Virus record (IMG/VR): IMGVR_UViG_3300005289_000052 | Location: 179,670-243,669 of that record | DNA length: 64,000 nt | Strand: one strand, 5' to 3' | Shown here: positions 45,638 to 55,383 of the stretch, piece by piece | Layout: the number at the start of each line of letters is the position of its first letter | How positions within the stretch are numbered: the stretch's first letter is position 1 | Translations under genes and position numbers: made by a program | The notes under the pieces: model-generated | Seen by the model: the letters and a program-made list of their open reading frames with translations, nothing else | The model's database searches: none | Told to the model about the DNA's origin: nothing

Positions 45638-45865
45638 TTACATCCTTTTCTTAAATGTGTACACGATTACCAGCCCAACCGACAACACCACAACGTAAGC
45701 GATCTGTGCGATCTCGATACCATCACGGTGTCCTACCACACACTTCAAATAGATGGCCAACGCCACGTAAAGGATTGACGTTATGATCAAGAACCAAGCG
45801 GTCTTGCTCCAACCCTTAATGAAAGCCCAGAACTCTTTAAGAGCTTCCAAATTCTCTTTCCACAT
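45638..45865 (-). CDS. Small membrane protein (2 TM)
   Basis: GGAGGAG RBS; two hydrophobic stretches; basic C-terminus. Confidence 0.7.
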   Translation of the reverse strand: MWKENLEALKEFWAFIKGWSKTAWFLIITSILYVALAIYLKCVVGHRDGIEIAQIAYVVVLSVGLVIVYTFKKRM

Positions 45866-45917
45866 ATTCTCCTCCTGAGGATAAATAGATCTCTACAACT
45901 TTGTAGCTTATCCCTAA

Positions 45918-45936
45918 GGTAATATGTGTTTGAAAT
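45918..45936 (-). promoter_or_regulatory. Early promoter
   Basis: ATTTCAAACACATATTACC. Confidence 0.75.
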
Positions 45937-46011
45937 AGATTTAGATAGAATGCGATTTAAGCGGCATAAAAGCCCTAGGGGTATAACCCCTAGGGTCTTA
46001 TGACGATCGTA

Positions 46012-46725
46012 TCACCACCGGGCGCTGGGCGGCTCCTGATGGGACAGCAACTCGGCTGTAGCACCCTTGACTTTCTTCCACTCGGTAGAATCAAGTTTTC
46101 GGAGATTAGTTACCTCTCCTTTATCCCAACCCTTAACCCAACGAGAGAACTCAAAGGTCCAATACCCCTCGGTCAAGATCACGTCATGACTGAAACGTAC
46201 GGTAGCCCCTTTAGCAACCTCAAAGAACACCTCGATGGTTTTCTCACCCCGAGCATTACGCTGATACTCACGCACCGAGCGATAGAAGTACTTACCAATG
46301 ATCTCAGCACTGTACTGCCACTTCTCAGGTGTATAAGGAACCAGCCAACGTTCGTCAGTGAAGTCAGCATCGTAGAGCACTTTGACGTTAGGCTTGACAG
46401 AGACCTCGTTACGGAAACCGTAAACGTACCATCCGTCCCGCCATTTCTTTTCAGCACGACCCCACTCCCAATCAGCACGATCCTGTTGATAACCCAGGAT
46501 GCAACCAAAGATCGTAGGTGCAACACTTACCCGAGGAACCGAACGATCTTCCTTAGGTGCAGAACGTTGCGTCAAAGCCGGGACAAACTTCTTGATGCCA
46601 GGGTTAGTGGAGATGTGGTACAACCACTCCTGACCCAAGTCATCAGGGGACACTACTTCACAGTTCTTACCGACACCGTTACGGAAGGACCCAATGTACG
46701 CTTCACAGGCTTCAATGTCATTCAT
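46012..46725 (-). CDS. Conserved protein (phiKZ gp174-like by synteny), probable head protein
   Basis: LYHIS...F.P......ED.SVPRVSVAPTI.GC; follows protease; ends PPSARW. Confidence 0.7.
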   Translation of the reverse strand: MNDIEACEAYIGSFRNGVGKNCEVVSPDDLGQEWLYHISTNPGIKKFVPALTQRSAPKEDRSVPRVSVAPTIFGCILGYQQDRADWEWGRAEKKWRDGWYVYGFRNEVSVKPNVKVLYDADFTDERWLVPYTPEKWQYSAEIIGKYFYRSVREYQRNARGEKTIEVFFEVAKGATVRFSHDVILTEGYWTFEFSRWVKGWDKGEVTNLRKLDSTEWKKVKGATAELLSHQEPPSARW

Positions 46726-46734
46726 GTCGCCCCC

Positions 46735-47499
46735 TTACCAGCGAGCGGACGGTGGCAGGACCAGACCAGCCTTACCGTGTTTCTTCCAGCCGAAGTCGAC
46801 GAAGATAGTGGAGCCAGAAACGCCACCAGACGATTCCATGGAAACGCCAGCACCAACGCCAGTATCCAAGGATTCGATGTGATCTCGGGTGAACTCCATT
46901 TCCTGGAAGGATTCCAGAGACGGAGCATTCCACTTACGAGCATAGTCAATGCCAGGCTCGTTCACGTAGTCCCAGGTCACGATGGTGCGGATGTGCTTGA
47001 CCAGACGACCACCTTCGATCTTGTCATCGGTCAGAGAACGTACCGAGAAGCAAACGCTCTCGTTTGGGTTCTCCAGCGATTCACCCAACGCTTGACCTTT
47101 CGGACCGCTAGGCTTCACACGACCAATTACGGCAACCACACGTTGACCAGACTTATCCTTGACGGCGTTCTGTTCAATGCGTACGTCAGCGAAGTGACAG
47201 CAGACGTTGTCTTCGTAGATGGTGGAGACACGGCGCAGGAAGCTACGCATGTCCTGGTTGGGGAGTTGTTTCGGGTGACCGTATTCACCACGGCAAGCAC
47301 CGGTTTCAATCCGACGCATCAGGCTGGACGATTGCTCGAACAGCGACTTGGCCGATGCCAGTGGATAGAATGCACCACCACTGTTGTAACAATCCAGACC
47401 ACCCAGCACCAGCTCGTAATAGCCTTCGCTGTCGGGTCGGACCTTTCCTACTTTGTTTGTGCCGAGCAACGCGACACAACCATAACTGACACGTTCCAT
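46735..47499 (-). CDS. Prohead maturation protease (phiKZ gp175-like)
   Basis: GEYGHP (His), FSVRS (Ser), TWDYVNEPG; C-terminal SLE/SME autocleavage sites. Confidence 0.9.
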   Translation of the reverse strand: MERVSYGCVALLGTNKVGKVRPDSEGYYELVLGGLDCYNSGGAFYPLASAKSLFEQSSSLMRRIETGACRGEYGHPKQLPNQDMRSFLRRVSTIYEDNVCCHFADVRIEQNAVKDKSGQRVVAVIGRVKPSGPKGQALGESLENPNESVCFSVRSLTDDKIEGGRLVKHIRTIVTWDYVNEPGIDYARKWNAPSLESFQEMEFTRDHIESLDTGVGAGVSMESSGGVSGSTIFVDFGWKKHGKAGLVLPPSARW

Positions 47500-47505
47500 A
47501 GCACG

Positions 47506-48228
47506 TTACCTTCTCAAGAGTCCTTCGATAGGCTCCACTGTGTCGGAAGGGTTCACCAATGCGGAGGTTAAGCCTTCTTCCCAATAGGCACCTACCAGTT
47601 TAGCGGTGGTGTTACTTGCCCCGTACGTAACGCTTCGCAGCGGAATGAATGTCGGGTCGATAGCCAAGTCCTTTTCGGTCTTGACTGACTGGCGGTAGTA
47701 TTGCGTCCGGTCATTGGCCAAACGACTGATGGCGGCTACAATCATTTCCACGATGGCGTGGTTAGCCCCCACCGAGACTCCCGCATGGTGGCGAGCGCTC
47801 TCGAAGATACGTCCCAGTTCTTGGTAACCCATGAACCAAGGTACGTGCCCTTTACCTAACAGCTCCGAATAAATTCGGTAGATGAAGATGTCGCTCTTGA
47901 GGAGGTTGATGTTGGCAATCACCACAGAACCAGGAGTGAACACGAACTCGATGTAGTCTTCGTCTTCAATCTTGATATAGTTGGTGATCGTGGGCTCGAT
48001 GCGCATCATGGCGTTGGCTAACGATACACCCATGTAGGTGTCGTCAACCGTGATTGCAAAGATACCAGAGATCGAAGTCTCAGTACCTAGGAACGCCATC
48101 TGTTGTTCAGCAAAACGGGCAGGGATGTAGATCTTACACCCCTTCGTTGTTACCAACGTCCCGTCTTCCATTTCCTTCAGATACGCATGAACCTTGGAAG
48201 CATCCCGCTTAAGCTTCTTCGGGTCCAT
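47506..48228 (-). CDS. Conserved protein (phiKZ gp176-like)
   Basis: Synteny; GHVPWFMGY motif. Confidence 0.72.
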   Translation of the reverse strand: MDPKKLKRDASKVHAYLKEMEDGTLVTTKGCKIYIPARFAEQQMAFLGTETSISGIFAITVDDTYMGVSLANAMMRIEPTITNYIKIEDEDYIEFVFTPGSVVIANINLLKSDIFIYRIYSELLGKGHVPWFMGYQELGRIFESARHHAGVSVGANHAIVEMIVAAISRLANDRTQYYRQSVKTEKDLAIDPTFIPLRSVTYGASNTTAKLVGAYWEEGLTSALVNPSDTVEPIEGLLRR

Positions 48229-48238
48229 ACTCTACCCC

Positions 48239-49684
48239 TTACTGGCCAGGTGCGTCTTTGGTGATCAGAGTCGCAACCCAAGTAGGGACGAACTCCATCA
48301 GAGCCAGCAAGCCGACTTCACGCATTTCCAGTTCTGGGTGCTCTTTGGCAACGCTGTCCATGGTGGACAGGATGTCGTAGGCGTTGGTGTGCGGGAAGAT
48401 CACCGAGCAGATGACTTTACGCAGAGTGATGAACAGGTCATCCTCGTACCAGTTGTTCGGCATCTGGCGGATGTAGTTGTGCAGAGCAACAACGTACACC
48501 TTACGCTCGGTCACCAGCAGGTCTTCCGGCAGGTTCTCGATCTCTTTCTCGACCGCACGAACCAGACCAGTTTGGTAGTGGTTGGCTTTCTGCAAACGCA
48601 GGTTGGTAGCCATCACACGTTCCTGGGATTCCCAGACCTTGATGTAACGGTCCTTGCGCTCCAGCAGGATGTCGTAGTTCGAGTTGCGATCCGAAACGAA
48701 TGCACCGAACAGAACTTCTGGAGTACCACCGGCTTCGAGCCACTTGTCGTAGACGTCGGCGTTCACACGGATTTCGACAGGGTTAATACCGATGTCGTCT
48801 TCACGGAAACGCGACCAGTCAGCAACCAGGACTTTACGCTTGGAGTTGGACTCACGACGCTCCAGGGTACGGCAAACAGCACGAGCAGCTTGGCTCATGA
48901 TGTCGATGACGTACTCTTTGTACTCGTTCAGACCAGCCTGTACACCTTCCGGGGTCACTTCGCACAGACGCGAGGCAATCAAGAAGATCACGAGGATCTG
49001 AGTCGGTTCAACGTACAGGTGGTTCAGGTGCGACAACAGCGAAGAGTTGTAAGACTCGTCACGGTTAACGAAGATCTTGTTGTAGATCTCCTGAACGTAA
49101 CCTTGCGGCAGCGTGTCGATGAACGATTGCAGCTCGGTATTGAAACGGGCAACGCCGGTCTCAACCAGAGCCAGTGGGGAAGCTAGGCCGTCAGCCATCG
49201 GTACGGTGATGCTCAGACGAACATCCTTTACAGGAGTTTCGTTGTAGCGGTCAACCAGACCGGTCAGGTAGTGGCTGTCCCAGATGTCAGCAAACTTGTC
49301 AGCACGTACCGAGATGGCAGTGTTCTTCAAAGTCAGTGCATCGTCGACGTATTGCGACACGTAGTCACAAGCAGCCTTTACCGAAGGGTTGACTTGGTTA
49401 CGGGCAACGTCGAGGTTCCAGGCGATGGTCTTCTTCAAGACCTCGATGACCTCATCCATTACCATGTCGTGTTCAACCACGCCAGCGGCGTTCTTGGATT
49501 GAGCGCCGAACATGATGCGTTCTTCGATCGACATCTCGAGAGTGCCGACGTCAGGGTTTGGCAGGTAGCCTGCACGGACCAGACTGGCCAGAGGAGTACC
49601 GTCGATTGCACGAATCGCCAGACCCTTGTTATCCAGTACCTGAGCCAGGCTCACCGCTGCTGTCAAGGAGTTATAGTTCAGCAT
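48239..49684 (-). CDS. Conserved protein (phiKZ gp177-like)
   Basis: Synteny; 481 aa. Confidence 0.72.
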   Translation of the reverse strand: MLNYNSLTAAVSLAQVLDNKGLAIRAIDGTPLASLVRAGYLPNPDVGTLEMSIEERIMFGAQSKNAAGVVEHDMVMDEVIEVLKKTIAWNLDVARNQVNPSVKAACDYVSQYVDDALTLKNTAISVRADKFADIWDSHYLTGLVDRYNETPVKDVRLSITVPMADGLASPLALVETGVARFNTELQSFIDTLPQGYVQEIYNKIFVNRDESYNSSLLSHLNHLYVEPTQILVIFLIASRLCEVTPEGVQAGLNEYKEYVIDIMSQAARAVCRTLERRESNSKRKVLVADWSRFREDDIGINPVEIRVNADVYDKWLEAGGTPEVLFGAFVSDRNSNYDILLERKDRYIKVWESQERVMATNLRLQKANHYQTGLVRAVEKEIENLPEDLLVTERKVYVVALHNYIRQMPNNWYEDDLFITLRKVICSVIFPHTNAYDILSTMDSVAKEHPELEMREVGLLALMEFVPTWVATLITKDAPGQ

Positions 49685-49686
49685 GG

Positions 49687-49881
49687 TTACACGACCCCTT
49701 GATCTTTGGCCAGTTTGCGTTGGATAGTCGCGGTGATCGCCGACTTCATGGTGGCTGGAGGAATGCGTTCCCCATTGATGGTGTTCGAGACAGCTTCACC
49801 AGCAACAGCCATGATCAGTGTAGCCGACAGTTCAACTGCGTTGGCTAACACCGTCAAGTTCTGCTCGTAATTTTTGGACAT
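49687..49881 (-). CDS. Small hypothetical protein (64 aa)
   Basis: ORF track; abuts next gene. Confidence 0.6.
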   Translation of the reverse strand: MSKNYEQNLTVLANAVELSATLIMAVAGEAVSNTINGERIPPATMKSAITATIQRKLAKDQGVV

Positions 49882-49932
49882 AACGGAACCCGTTCTGAGA
49901 GTTAACGATGGGGTCCCGAAGGACCCCTAAAT

Positions 49933-52900
49933 TCAACCTTTTCTGTACGCCTCAACCACCTTCTTGCTGAGGACCTTGAGAAGCGTGGTAGTGGTACCAA
50001 TCAACTCAGGCGACAGCACGATACGGTTCGAGAAGGAAGTGTACGAGAAGATGGCACCCAGTGGCAGACCAGACAGCGTCGTGTTGACACCGGACATCAC
50101 CCGACCAAAGATGGTCTTCATCTGGTTAGCGAACACACCTTTGTCACCCACGCCTGCCCCGACCTCAGTCGTTACATAGATGCGGATCAACATCGAGTCC
50201 ATGTTCAGAGGGTTACCCGCTACACGCAGGGCACCGTCTACGCTACCAGTCAGAACCTTACGACCCAAAGCCCTTTGGAGCTTAGCCCGTTCTTTGTCCC
50301 CGTGATCAGCAATGGCGCGAAGACTTTCAGACATGTCTTCTTTATCGCCGTTGTAGTACACCTCGATGGATTCTACCACCCCGTTGTACTTCGCTTTCGG
50401 AGTTGGACTCCCCAGCAAACGGAGTGTATCGATCGAGTCTTCGTCGAACAAATCGGTGTTAGCCGTTACGGCGTCTTCGATTGTACATAAAATATCCTCA
50501 CTATCGACCTTTTGCCCCTTGGTTACCAGACCGTGAATCTTCTGGTCAAACGTTACCACGAGGTCACGAGGTTTAGTGATCTGAGTCCGAAGCAATTTTG
50601 CAATGTCTTCAGAGATCACCGAGGAGTCTTCTAAGGTATCGGCACACTCCAGAATAGCTGTCCGTACAGTGATACCAGTCTTCAAAGAAACTTGAGACGG
50701 GTTCAACGCACTAGGCTTGAAGTAGTGAGAGTTGTAGGCAACCACATCACCAGCTTTGATCTTCTGCCCCACCTTGAGTTCTGAAACTACCTCATGTGGG
50801 AAGATCTTACCGGCTACCGTACCGAAGCGACGACCCAGCTCTACCGAACGCTGAGTACCGTCTTTGTATTCAACCGTAATAGCTTTGTCGCTGACAGCAA
50901 CCACAACACCATCACCCTTCGCCGTGTAGGCAAAGAGGTCGTTCACACGGTGAGGCAATACGTCGCCATAACCAGTCTGAACTGGCTGGACATCGTAACC
51001 CACGGCAAACATGGTGGAGTGATACTGGATACCAATGAAGTTCACACGCTTCGGGTCGTCCCGGTCTGCACAAGGCGAAACCAGAGCAGCAGTCGAGATC
51101 AACTTGGTCGCACCATCTTGACCAGGTTCGTAACGACGGCTCAAACCACGCAAGGAAGTGAAGTTCGGGTCCGCAGTGGTAAACGTCGAAATAGCTACGT
51201 CACCAGAGTCCACGGTCGACTCGGAGATCACACCCATGTCGTTAGGGTGGAATACACGGCTACGCTTAACCATCGAACGACGGCTACGTCCACCAGTACC
51301 ACCAAACGTCACAGACTCTTGGGTACGCAAGCACTCAATCGGGTTCGACTCTTCCACCTGACCTTTTGACGGGTCGTCCTGAATAGCCTGCCAGATAGCG
51401 TGAGGCGCCATCTCCATCTTGTTCCCCGCCGCACCACGACGAGCGTTGTGTACACGAGCGGAGCGAACCATCTCTGCGTAGACCGCACCAGAGATCCTTT
51501 CATACCCCTTGATCCGCATGTACTCCATATCCGTTTCGGCAGGAGCCCAGTCAGTGGTCAACAACTCCACTGCACGAACCAACAGACCTTCCCACTCAGT
51601 GGGTTCCTTCATCTCTGTCAGGAGGTCGAAGGTGATAGGGTCAATGAACAGATCACGCAACAGGTCGAGTTCACGCAGATAACGCACACCGATCTTGTTG
51701 GTCTCCAACACGTTCAGGTAAACGTCTTTGCGGTTGAAGTCGTACACACTGTGCGAACGGATAGCTTTCCAATACGACAGGAAGCCAGCCATCAACAGAG
51801 AGACTACTTTATCGTCACGATGGAAGATCAAGTTCTCATCGGCAAAGCGAACAGCGTATTCGCCTTCACCCAACTTGAGTCGCTCACCCACCTGCTGACG
51901 ACGGAACACGGTTGGCCTGAGGGCCTTGATCACACGTTCCAGACCGAAGTAGTAGCCGAGGATAATGCCCATCGGGATGGACTTGTTGAACACACCCATC
52001 TCTGCCATTTCAAGCGGAGCCTTAGAGGTGTCCAACTGCAACAGCTCTTCCAGTTTACCCAATGGTTCAGGACCACGGGCTTTCTGGACGTACAGGGTAT
52101 CGTACTGATCGACCAAGACCAGTTCAGCACCCTTCTTACCGATGACCACCATGCCCTTGGATTCAGCAGCACGAACTTTAGCCTCACCGAACTCCTTCTC
52201 ACGATTAGTAAACTCGAAGAAGAAGTCAATCCCTACCGCAGTGAAGCGCCGGAAACTCTGAGACAGCAAGCTGTAGAGTCGTGGGGTTTTGTTCAGGTGA
52301 TCAAACACGTTTGACGGGCGCAACTCAGACACACGGTTGTCTTTCGGGTCCAGTCCGATTGCTCGGATGGTATCACTCAGCCATTTTGGATAGTTGTTGA
52401 CAGATCGTGGTGACCGATCAACGAAGACTTTACCATAATAGCTAGTGAGAGCAACACTGGTCGAATCAACCTTCCGAATAGGGACATCGCCACGCTGCTT
52501 CCGTAAGCTGTAGCGTACCCCGTTTGCCAAATAAGAACCATCTGGTGATACCTTGGGAACTTTAAAACGAATGGTGGAGGCAGGGCCGGTAGCCGGTGCC
52601 AGTTTAATGGTGTGGATTTCGTAGTGGTTGAGAACATCCTCTACTTCTTCCACTTGGTAATCGACAATCGCGATACCAGCGTTCTGCAACGACATCACCG
52701 AGTTGACGATGTCTTTGTTCAGGATCTCCGTGACGTACCGGCTATCGAACTCCAGCAGAGACGATTGCAGCATGGTCTTGTCGAAGACCAGTGGGTTGTC
52801 AGGGATCTTGGTGGACGACGTGATCTTTAGGGACTCAGGCTTGATCACAATGTGGTCAGCCAACATACCTGGACCGTACGGGTTCTTGATCTCTTTGTAG

Positions 52901-54207
52901 CTGTTAGCCAGCTTCATGAGACGACGATACTCACCGCCAGTCATCATCCCCGAGTCAGCCATTTCGTTGGCCTTATCGACGATCCCTTGGTCCAGTGGCT
53001 TACGCTCACCGCCGATCTTCACGAGTGCCGGAACTGTAGTCTCCAGCTCAGCCTCGTTCTTCTCAGCAGCTTCGTTCATCTGGTCCAGACCCTCAAGATC
53101 TTTATCGATCTCAGCATCCATCGCAGCAATAGCAGCCAACTCGTCCAAGTCTTCTTTGAGGTGTCGTGCTTGTTCCTCTTTGAAGTCGACGTCGGAGATG
53201 AAGTCCTCATCCTGCGTAGTGACAACAGGGCCAGACTCTTCCAACTGCTTCGCAACAGTGGACGTGCCTTTCTTGTTCTCAATCGCATCAGGGTGAAGGT
53301 TGTCCTCGTCCTCTACCTGCTCTTCCTCCTCCTGCACCTCTACGATGGTGTGGGATTCTTGCAGGGTCATCAAAGACTTGAGGAAACGCTTCTGGAGTAC
53401 GAGAGAGTCGACACCTGGTGTCTTCTTACCCTCAGCATCCACCCCTGACTTCCACGAGTTCAGCAACCCAAGGTTCACACAGAACCAACGATCCTTCGAT
53501 TGGAAGATCACGTTGACCTTAGCGTAGTTCTCGGGTTTGATGTGACCCATCGGGGACTCAGCCCGGTTATCACCCAACCACTGGAACATGTCCATGATGT
53601 TGAATGATTCGTTGCCTTGGATCTTCGTCAGGCTGGTACGGTCAATACGGCGATCAGCCATACGCAGCGCAGTAAAGGATGGCAACATGTCTGGGAGTTG
53701 GACACGGACGAACTGGTGACGGTCAGGCCACTCAGTTGCAATCTCATCCACCTTCTTCCACATGGTCACCCGAACGTTTACCCAGCGGTAGTAAGCCGCA
53801 AAGAAACTGGTTGGGTAACGCTTGAGGAATTGAAGCGGTGCAAAGTTCTCAACCACCCAAATCCGTGGGTTACCAAACACCGAGGCCGGGGACATCAACG
53901 GACGGATCTTAGATCGCGTACGACGTTGGTATTCCCGGATTGGCTTCTGGACAATGAACGGAGTGGGCTTAGGATTACCGATATCGGAACGCAACTCGAT
54001 GTTGTGCTCGATGTAGACCATCTTCTCAGAGTTCTTGATCAGAGGGTCGTCCAGGCCGATGCCGAACGTTGCAGAGTCTTCAGGAAAGTAGTTGATCACC
54101 GCCCCTTGTGGGAGCGACAACTTAGCGATCCCGAATGAAACAGGCATCGTGAAATTCGGTAGACGACGCACACCGAATGCACGATACCACATGGGGTAAA
54201 GAAGCAT
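49933..54207 (-). CDS. Virion RNA polymerase beta-like subunit (phiKZ gp178-like)
   Basis: GGTGGRS, SESTVDSGDV, DDPKR, EDSSVIS, GDKGVFANQMKT motifs; 1424 aa. Confidence 0.92.
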   Translation of the reverse strand: MLLYPMWYRAFGVRRLPNFTMPVSFGIAKLSLPQGAVINYFPEDSATFGIGLDDPLIKNSEKMVYIEHNIELRSDIGNPKPTPFIVQKPIREYQRRTRSKIRPLMSPASVFGNPRIWVVENFAPLQFLKRYPTSFFAAYYRWVNVRVTMWKKVDEIATEWPDRHQFVRVQLPDMLPSFTALRMADRRIDRTSLTKIQGNESFNIMDMFQWLGDNRAESPMGHIKPENYAKVNVIFQSKDRWFCVNLGLLNSWKSGVDAEGKKTPGVDSLVLQKRFLKSLMTLQESHTIVEVQEEEEQVEDEDNLHPDAIENKKGTSTVAKQLEESGPVVTTQDEDFISDVDFKEEQARHLKEDLDELAAIAAMDAEIDKDLEGLDQMNEAAEKNEAELETTVPALVKIGGERKPLDQGIVDKANEMADSGMMTGGEYRRLMKLANSYKEIKNPYGPGMLADHIVIKPESLKITSSTKIPDNPLVFDKTMLQSSLLEFDSRYVTEILNKDIVNSVMSLQNAGIAIVDYQVEEVEDVLNHYEIHTIKLAPATGPASTIRFKVPKVSPDGSYLANGVRYSLRKQRGDVPIRKVDSTSVALTSYYGKVFVDRSPRSVNNYPKWLSDTIRAIGLDPKDNRVSELRPSNVFDHLNKTPRLYSLLSQSFRRFTAVGIDFFFEFTNREKEFGEAKVRAAESKGMVVIGKKGAELVLVDQYDTLYVQKARGPEPLGKLEELLQLDTSKAPLEMAEMGVFNKSIPMGIILGYYFGLERVIKALRPTVFRRQQVGERLKLGEGEYAVRFADENLIFHRDDKVVSLLMAGFLSYWKAIRSHSVYDFNRKDVYLNVLETNKIGVRYLRELDLLRDLFIDPITFDLLTEMKEPTEWEGLLVRAVELLTTDWAPAETDMEYMRIKGYERISGAVYAEMVRSARVHNARRGAAGNKMEMAPHAIWQAIQDDPSKGQVEESNPIECLRTQESVTFGGTGGRSRRSMVKRSRVFHPNDMGVISESTVDSGDVAISTFTTADPNFTSLRGLSRRYEPGQDGATKLISTAALVSPCADRDDPKRVNFIGIQYHSTMFAVGYDVQPVQTGYGDVLPHRVNDLFAYTAKGDGVVVAVSDKAITVEYKDGTQRSVELGRRFGTVAGKIFPHEVVSELKVGQKIKAGDVVAYNSHYFKPSALNPSQVSLKTGITVRTAILECADTLEDSSVISEDIAKLLRTQITKPRDLVVTFDQKIHGLVTKGQKVDSEDILCTIEDAVTANTDLFDEDSIDTLRLLGSPTPKAKYNGVVESIEVYYNGDKEDMSESLRAIADHGDKERAKLQRALGRKVLTGSVDGALRVAGNPLNMDSMLIRIYVTTEVGAGVGDKGVFANQMKTIFGRVMSGVNTTLSGLPLGAIFSYTSFSNRIVLSPELIGTTTTLLKVLSKKVVEAYRKG

Positions 54208-54221
54208 ACGCTACTCCAGTG

Positions 54222-55382
54222 TCAATCTTTGTAAAGGAACAGGGACTCTTCCACCAGGTCAACAATCGACTTGGCGTAGTACGGGGCCAAGACACAGAGC
54301 TTCATGGCAGGGTTGAGCATGTCATCAGCAGTGAAGCGGTAGATGTCGTCCAACATACCGAGGTAGTAACCCGACAGACCGTCAGCACCGAAGTTGATGG
54401 CAGGGCGCAGGAACGATGCTACTTGAGCATAGTTGCAAGGACCTTTGTTGATGATGTCGACCACACGATCGTATTCATCTTCCACCTGAACAGCCATGTC
54501 CTCGAACTTCAACGCAACCTCGAGCAGAGCCAGCATCTCTTTCGGAGCCAGCGCACGGAAGTCACGGAACTTGAGTTGGTTATTCTTAACGTTGGTCCAA
54601 CGAGCCGAACGATGCTGTTTCTCAGCAAAGTGCTGGAGCAACTTACGAACCTCTGGGTTCACCGAAGAGGTGTCCACAGGTTCTGGGTTGAAGATACGCT
54701 CCTCACCCGGCAACACGATCTTGAGATCCTTGTCACCCAGTGCAGCAGTAGGAGCTGTGAACTTCTGACAGAACTGTTCGAACTCCATGCGGATGACGTC
54801 TTCTTTCAACGTCTTGTTCATCGCAGCGTTGTTCAGACGCTTAACGATCTCGCCGATCTCTTTACGGACCGCTTGACCTTTAACGATGTACGCACCCTGG
54901 TACGGTTTCAACCAACCAGAGAAGTTGCCGAACATGTCGATCAGGTTATAGTCCAGACGACCATTGATGCAAAGACGTTTGAATACAACCTCGTCCTTGA
55001 TCTTGCCAGTCGGCGAACCTTTGATCTTCTCGATACGAGGCTTGAGCTTAGCCACACGAGCAGAAATCTGCTGTGGGGCGTTGCCGGTGTAGAAACGTTG
55101 CTTGTTGTTGAAGATGCTTTCGTACGCTTTGTTCAACGCACGCTTAACACGGTCCAACATCGAGTTGATCGCTTCCAGGGAGATGGTCGCCTCGTCTTCC
55201 ATCGAGATCTGAGGGATACCCGTCGCCACACAGAACTCAGCAACCGCCTCCATTGACTCCATGGAGATCTGGCCACCTTGCAGCTCGCTACGAGCCTTCA
55301 TCAGAGCACGCTTGGCGCTACGCAGATCGCGCATCATCTTGCGGTGGTCTTTACGTTTCATCGAGTGGATGTCGAAGCTCAT
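54222..55382 (-). CDS. Probable internal head protein with propeptide, between vRNAP genes
   Basis: SMESME, ISME, ISLE sites in first ~75 aa. Confidence 0.6.
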   Translation of the reverse strand: MSFDIHSMKRKDHRKMMRDLRSAKRALMKARSELQGGQISMESMEAVAEFCVATGIPQISMEDEATISLEAINSMLDRVKRALNKAYESIFNNKQRFYTGNAPQQISARVAKLKPRIEKIKGSPTGKIKDEVVFKRLCINGRLDYNLIDMFGNFSGWLKPYQGAYIVKGQAVRKEIGEIVKRLNNAAMNKTLKEDVIRMEFEQFCQKFTAPTAALGDKDLKIVLPGEERIFNPEPVDTSSVNPEVRKLLQHFAEKQHRSARWTNVKNNQLKFRDFRALAPKEMLALLEVALKFEDMAVQVEDEYDRVVDIINKGPCNYAQVASFLRPAINFGADGLSGYYLGMLDDIYRFTADDMLNPAMKLCVLAPYYAKSIVDLVEESLFLYKD

Positions 55383-55383
55383 C

